64,000 bases of DNA from assembly GCA_021209335.1 (NCBI GenBank), contig JAJOIN010000005.1:34-64033 (forward strand), in the 5' to 3' direction. The position numbers and the translations under genes are program-made. This document shows positions 61,481-64,000 of this stretch, one piece after another. Origin of the DNA: Aeromonadaceae bacterium. Its GTDB lineage: Bacteria; Pseudomonadota; Gammaproteobacteria; Enterobacterales; Aeromonadaceae. The first letter of the stretch is position 1; every line of letters starts with the position of its first letter. The notes beneath the pieces are model-generated. The model had not been told where the DNA came from and searched no databases. It saw only the letters and a program-made list of their open reading frames with translations.

Positions 61481-62433
61481 GCGGCGACAACCCGCTGCAG
61501 CAGGCGTTCGATCACCTGGTTGGTATCAATGCCATCAGCCTCTGCCTCCATGCTTAGCAAGAGGCGGTGGCGCAGCACAGGGTAGGCGCAGTGCTGAATA
61601 TCATCCGGGGTAACAAAATCCCGGTCGGCGAGCCAGGCGCGCACCCGGGCACAACGGGCCATGGCCATGGTGGCGCGGGGGCTGGCGCCATACGCCAGCC
61701 AGCGACCCAGCTCGGCATCGTAGGCCGCGGGGCGGCGGGTGGCCATCACCAGGGCTACCAGGTAGTTCTCCACCGCTGGCGCCAGGCTCACCTCCAGCAC
61801 CGATTTGCGGGCGGCAAACAGCTCGGTCTGACTCAGGCGGGGCGGCTCGGCCTCTGCGCTTTGGCGGCTCTCATCATGATTGAGCCGCAATATGGCCAGC
61901 TCGGTGGCGGCATCCGGGTAGTCCAGCTGCAGATGGAGCATGAAGCGATCCAGCTGGGCCTCCGGCAGGGGGTAAGTGCCCTCTTGTTCTATGGGGTTCT
62001 GGGTGGCCATCACCAAGAACAGTTCGGGTAACTGGTAGCTTTTGCGGCCTATGGTGATCTGGTGTTCGCCCATGGCCTCAAGCAGGGCGCTCTGCACCTT
62101 GGCGGGCGCCCGGTTGATCTCATCGGCCAGCAGCAAGTGATGAAACAGGGGGCCCGGCTGGAAGACGAAGCTGCCATCTTGTGGTCGATAGATGTCGGTG
62201 CCGGTCAGATCCGCCGGCAGCAGATCCGGGGTGAACTGGATACGGTGAAAGCGCCCTTCAATGCAACGGGCCAGGCTCTTGACGGCGCGGGTCTTGGCCA
62301 GGCCCGGCGGGCCTTCCACCAGTATGTGACCATCTGCCAGCAGGGCCATCATCAGCCCCTCCACCAGTTCCGGCTGGCCCAGCACCTGCTGGTGCAGGTA
62401 ACTGCGTACCGCATTGATCGTTTGCTTGGGCAT
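61477..62433 (-). CDS. moxR: MoxR-family AAA+ ATPase
   Basis: GPPGLAKT, RIQFTPDLLPAD, DEINRA, ATQNPIEQEGTYPLPEAQLDRF and GASPRA motifs. Confidence 0.93.
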   Translation of the reverse strand: MPKQTINAVRSYLHQQVLGQPELVEGLMMALLADGHILVEGPPGLAKTRAVKSLARCIEGRFHRIQFTPDLLPADLTGTDIYRPQDGSFVFQPGPLFHHLLLADEINRAPAKVQSALLEAMGEHQITIGRKSYQLPELFLVMATQNPIEQEGTYPLPEAQLDRFMLHLQLDYPDAATELAILRLNHDESRQSAEAEPPRLSQTELFAARKSVLEVSLAPAVENYLVALVMATRRPAAYDAELGRWLAYGASPRATMAMARCARVRAWLADRDFVTPDDIQHCAYPVLRHRLLLSMEAEADGIDTNQVIERLLQRVVAA

Positions 62434-62589
62434 TTCAACATCTTAGTTATGAACAGATGGCGGCAGTCTACACCCTTTGGCCCGCCAGTTGGGGGATGCG
62501 AAGGGCACATTGTGAGGCGTGCCGGGTATTGACGAACGGGAATATGAGCTACACCTAGCATAAGCCCATGATCGCTGGGAGTGCTGACC

Positions 62590-63896
62590 ATGAGAGGGAC
62601 AAGCCAGACGGTTCACCCGCAGCGTATCGCCGTGGTGGCAGGGCTCAGAACCCCCTTTGCCAAGCAGGCGACCGCCTACCGCGGCTGCTCGGCCCTGGCC
62701 CTGGGCTCGGCCTTGGTCAACGAACTGATACGGCGCAGCGATCTGGATCCGGCCTTGCTGGATCTGCTGGTGTTCGGTCAGGTGATCCAGATGCCTGCCG
62801 CACCCAATATTGCCCGCGAGATAGTCCTGCTCTCACCGCTTGCCCCCAGCACCGATGCCTACAGCGTCAGCCGTGCCTGTGCCACCAGCTTTCAGGCGGT
62901 GGCCAATCTGGCCCAGGGCATCTGGCTGGGGCAGTGTCAGGCCGGCATCGCCGGCGGTGCCGATTCGAGCTCCTTGCTGCCCATCGGCCTGACTGAACCC
63001 CTGGCCGTGGCCTTGCTGGATCTGCGTAAGGCCCGCACCTGGCAACAGCGCTGGCAGGCGGTCAAGCCCCTGCGTTTAGGCCATTTTCGGCCTGTGCCCC
63101 CGCCGGTGGCTGAATATGCCACCGGCCTGAGCATGGGACACAGTGCCGAGCTGATGGCCCAGCGTCATGGCATCCGCCGCGAGGCGCAGGATGCATTTGC
63201 CCTGGCCTCCCATCAGAAGGCCGCCGCCGCCTGGGCAGCGGGGTGGTTGGATGAGGAGGTGGCGCCCTGCCACCTGTTGGGCGAGGGGCCGCCATTGCTC
63301 CAGGATAACCTGATCCGCGCCGAGGCCAGCTTGGCGGACTATCAGGCACTCCCGCCGGCATTTGTCCGGCCTGGGGGCAGCATAACGGCGGGGCAACGCC
63401 TCGGCGCTCACCGATGGTGCCGCCGCCGTGCTGCTGATGAAGGAGAGTCTGGCCCGGGCCCAGGGGCTGCGCCCGCTGGGCTATCTGCGCCAGCATGGCC
63501 TTTGCCGCCAAGTCCGTGCAGGAGGATCTGTTGTTGGCGCCGGCCAAGGCGATCCCGCAGGCCCTGGCTCTGGCCGGCTGCCGCTGGGAGGAGCTGACCC
63601 TGGTCGATATGCATGAGGCCTTTGCCGCCCAGGTGCTCTGTACCCTGCAGTGCCTGTCGGATGAGGAGTATGCCATCGGTCAACTGGGCCTGGCGGCGCC
63701 CCTGCCACCCTTGGCGGCAGAGCGGTTGAATGTGCTGGGAGGTTCCATCGCCTATGGTCATCCTTTTGCCGCCACTGGGGCACGCATGATCACCCAGACA
63801 CTGCGCGAGCTAAGACGCCGGGGCGGCGGGCTGGCACTGACCTGTGCCTGTGCCGCCGGCGGCCTGGGGGTGGCCATGGTATGGGAGGGCGCCTGA
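62590..63896 (+). CDS. fadI: 3-ketoacyl-CoA thiolase, doubly frameshifted in this sequence
   Basis: [30 protein letters not shown] and CAAGG motifs. Removing one base at 63390-63393 and one at 63490-63491 gives a continuous frame. Confidence 0.88.
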
Positions 63897-64000
63897 TGAG
63901 CGGGGCTTTGACAATCACGGCGGGCCCGGCAGGCCTGCTGATCCTGACCATAGACAATCCGCGGGCCGGCATGAATCTGCTGGACCGGGCGCTGCTGCCT
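63896..64000 (+). CDS. fadJ: Fatty acid oxidation complex alpha subunit, 5' fragment cut by the window end
   Basis: TGATG overlap with the fadI stop; [29 protein letters not shown] resembles the FadJ N-terminus. Confidence 0.7.
   Translation, partial: MSGALTITAGPAGLLILTIDNPRAGMNLLDRALLP

Noticed and set aside
1617-62532. Many long antisense or alternate-frame ORFs, e.g. 1617..2894, 8384..9667, 17385..18803, 25007..26218, 33708..35318 and 45284..46540
   Set aside because: They shadow well-recognised genes, carry no family motifs, and are expected from GC-rich codon usage that depletes stops on the opposite strand.
6353-63491. Programmed frameshifting or phase variation as the cause of the split genes
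   Set aside because: The runs are only 1-4 nt, there are no slippery heptamers, and the shifts go in both directions in unrelated genes. Sequencing error is the simpler explanation.
1-64000. CRISPR arrays, IS elements, prophage, toxin-antitoxin or anti-phage genes
   Set aside because: I saw no regularly spaced repeats and no transposase, integrase, phage or defence motifs. Nearly all coding space is explained by known families.

Overview
GC-rich gammaproteobacterial chromosome segment; gene content and order suggest Aeromonadaceae (inference). It is almost entirely core/housekeeping DNA: peptidase E, rhtB, a DUF481 barrel, a cstA/btsR/btsS module, three c-di-GMP proteins, two chemoreceptors, ychJ, adhE-ychE-oppABCDF, an aromatic amino-acid permease followed by a stand-alone trpB, nsrR, a DAACS symporter, an atypical ~1030-aa penicillin-binding protein, ybiT, an MFS pump, yccA, tRNA-Ser(TGA), a sigma54-type aapJQMP operon, ribA, cmk-rpsA-ihfB-lapA-lapB-pyrF, rhombosortase, hns, a lysine riboswitch with its NhaC-family transporter, tdk, fadL, a six-gene moxR/VWA/BatD operon and fadI-fadJ (cut by the window edge). 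I found no integrase, transposase, prophage gene, CRISPR array or defence system. Six genes carry single-base frameshifts, mostly in short G/C runs, which points to sequencing error. I cannot support a clearly new system. The best leads are a compact multi-hairpin element at 1-70, the permease plus orphan trpB unit with its structured GGA-rich leader, the atypical PBP, and the Bat/MoxR operon inside the fad locus. All family assignments come from motif recognition by eye, not from database searches.
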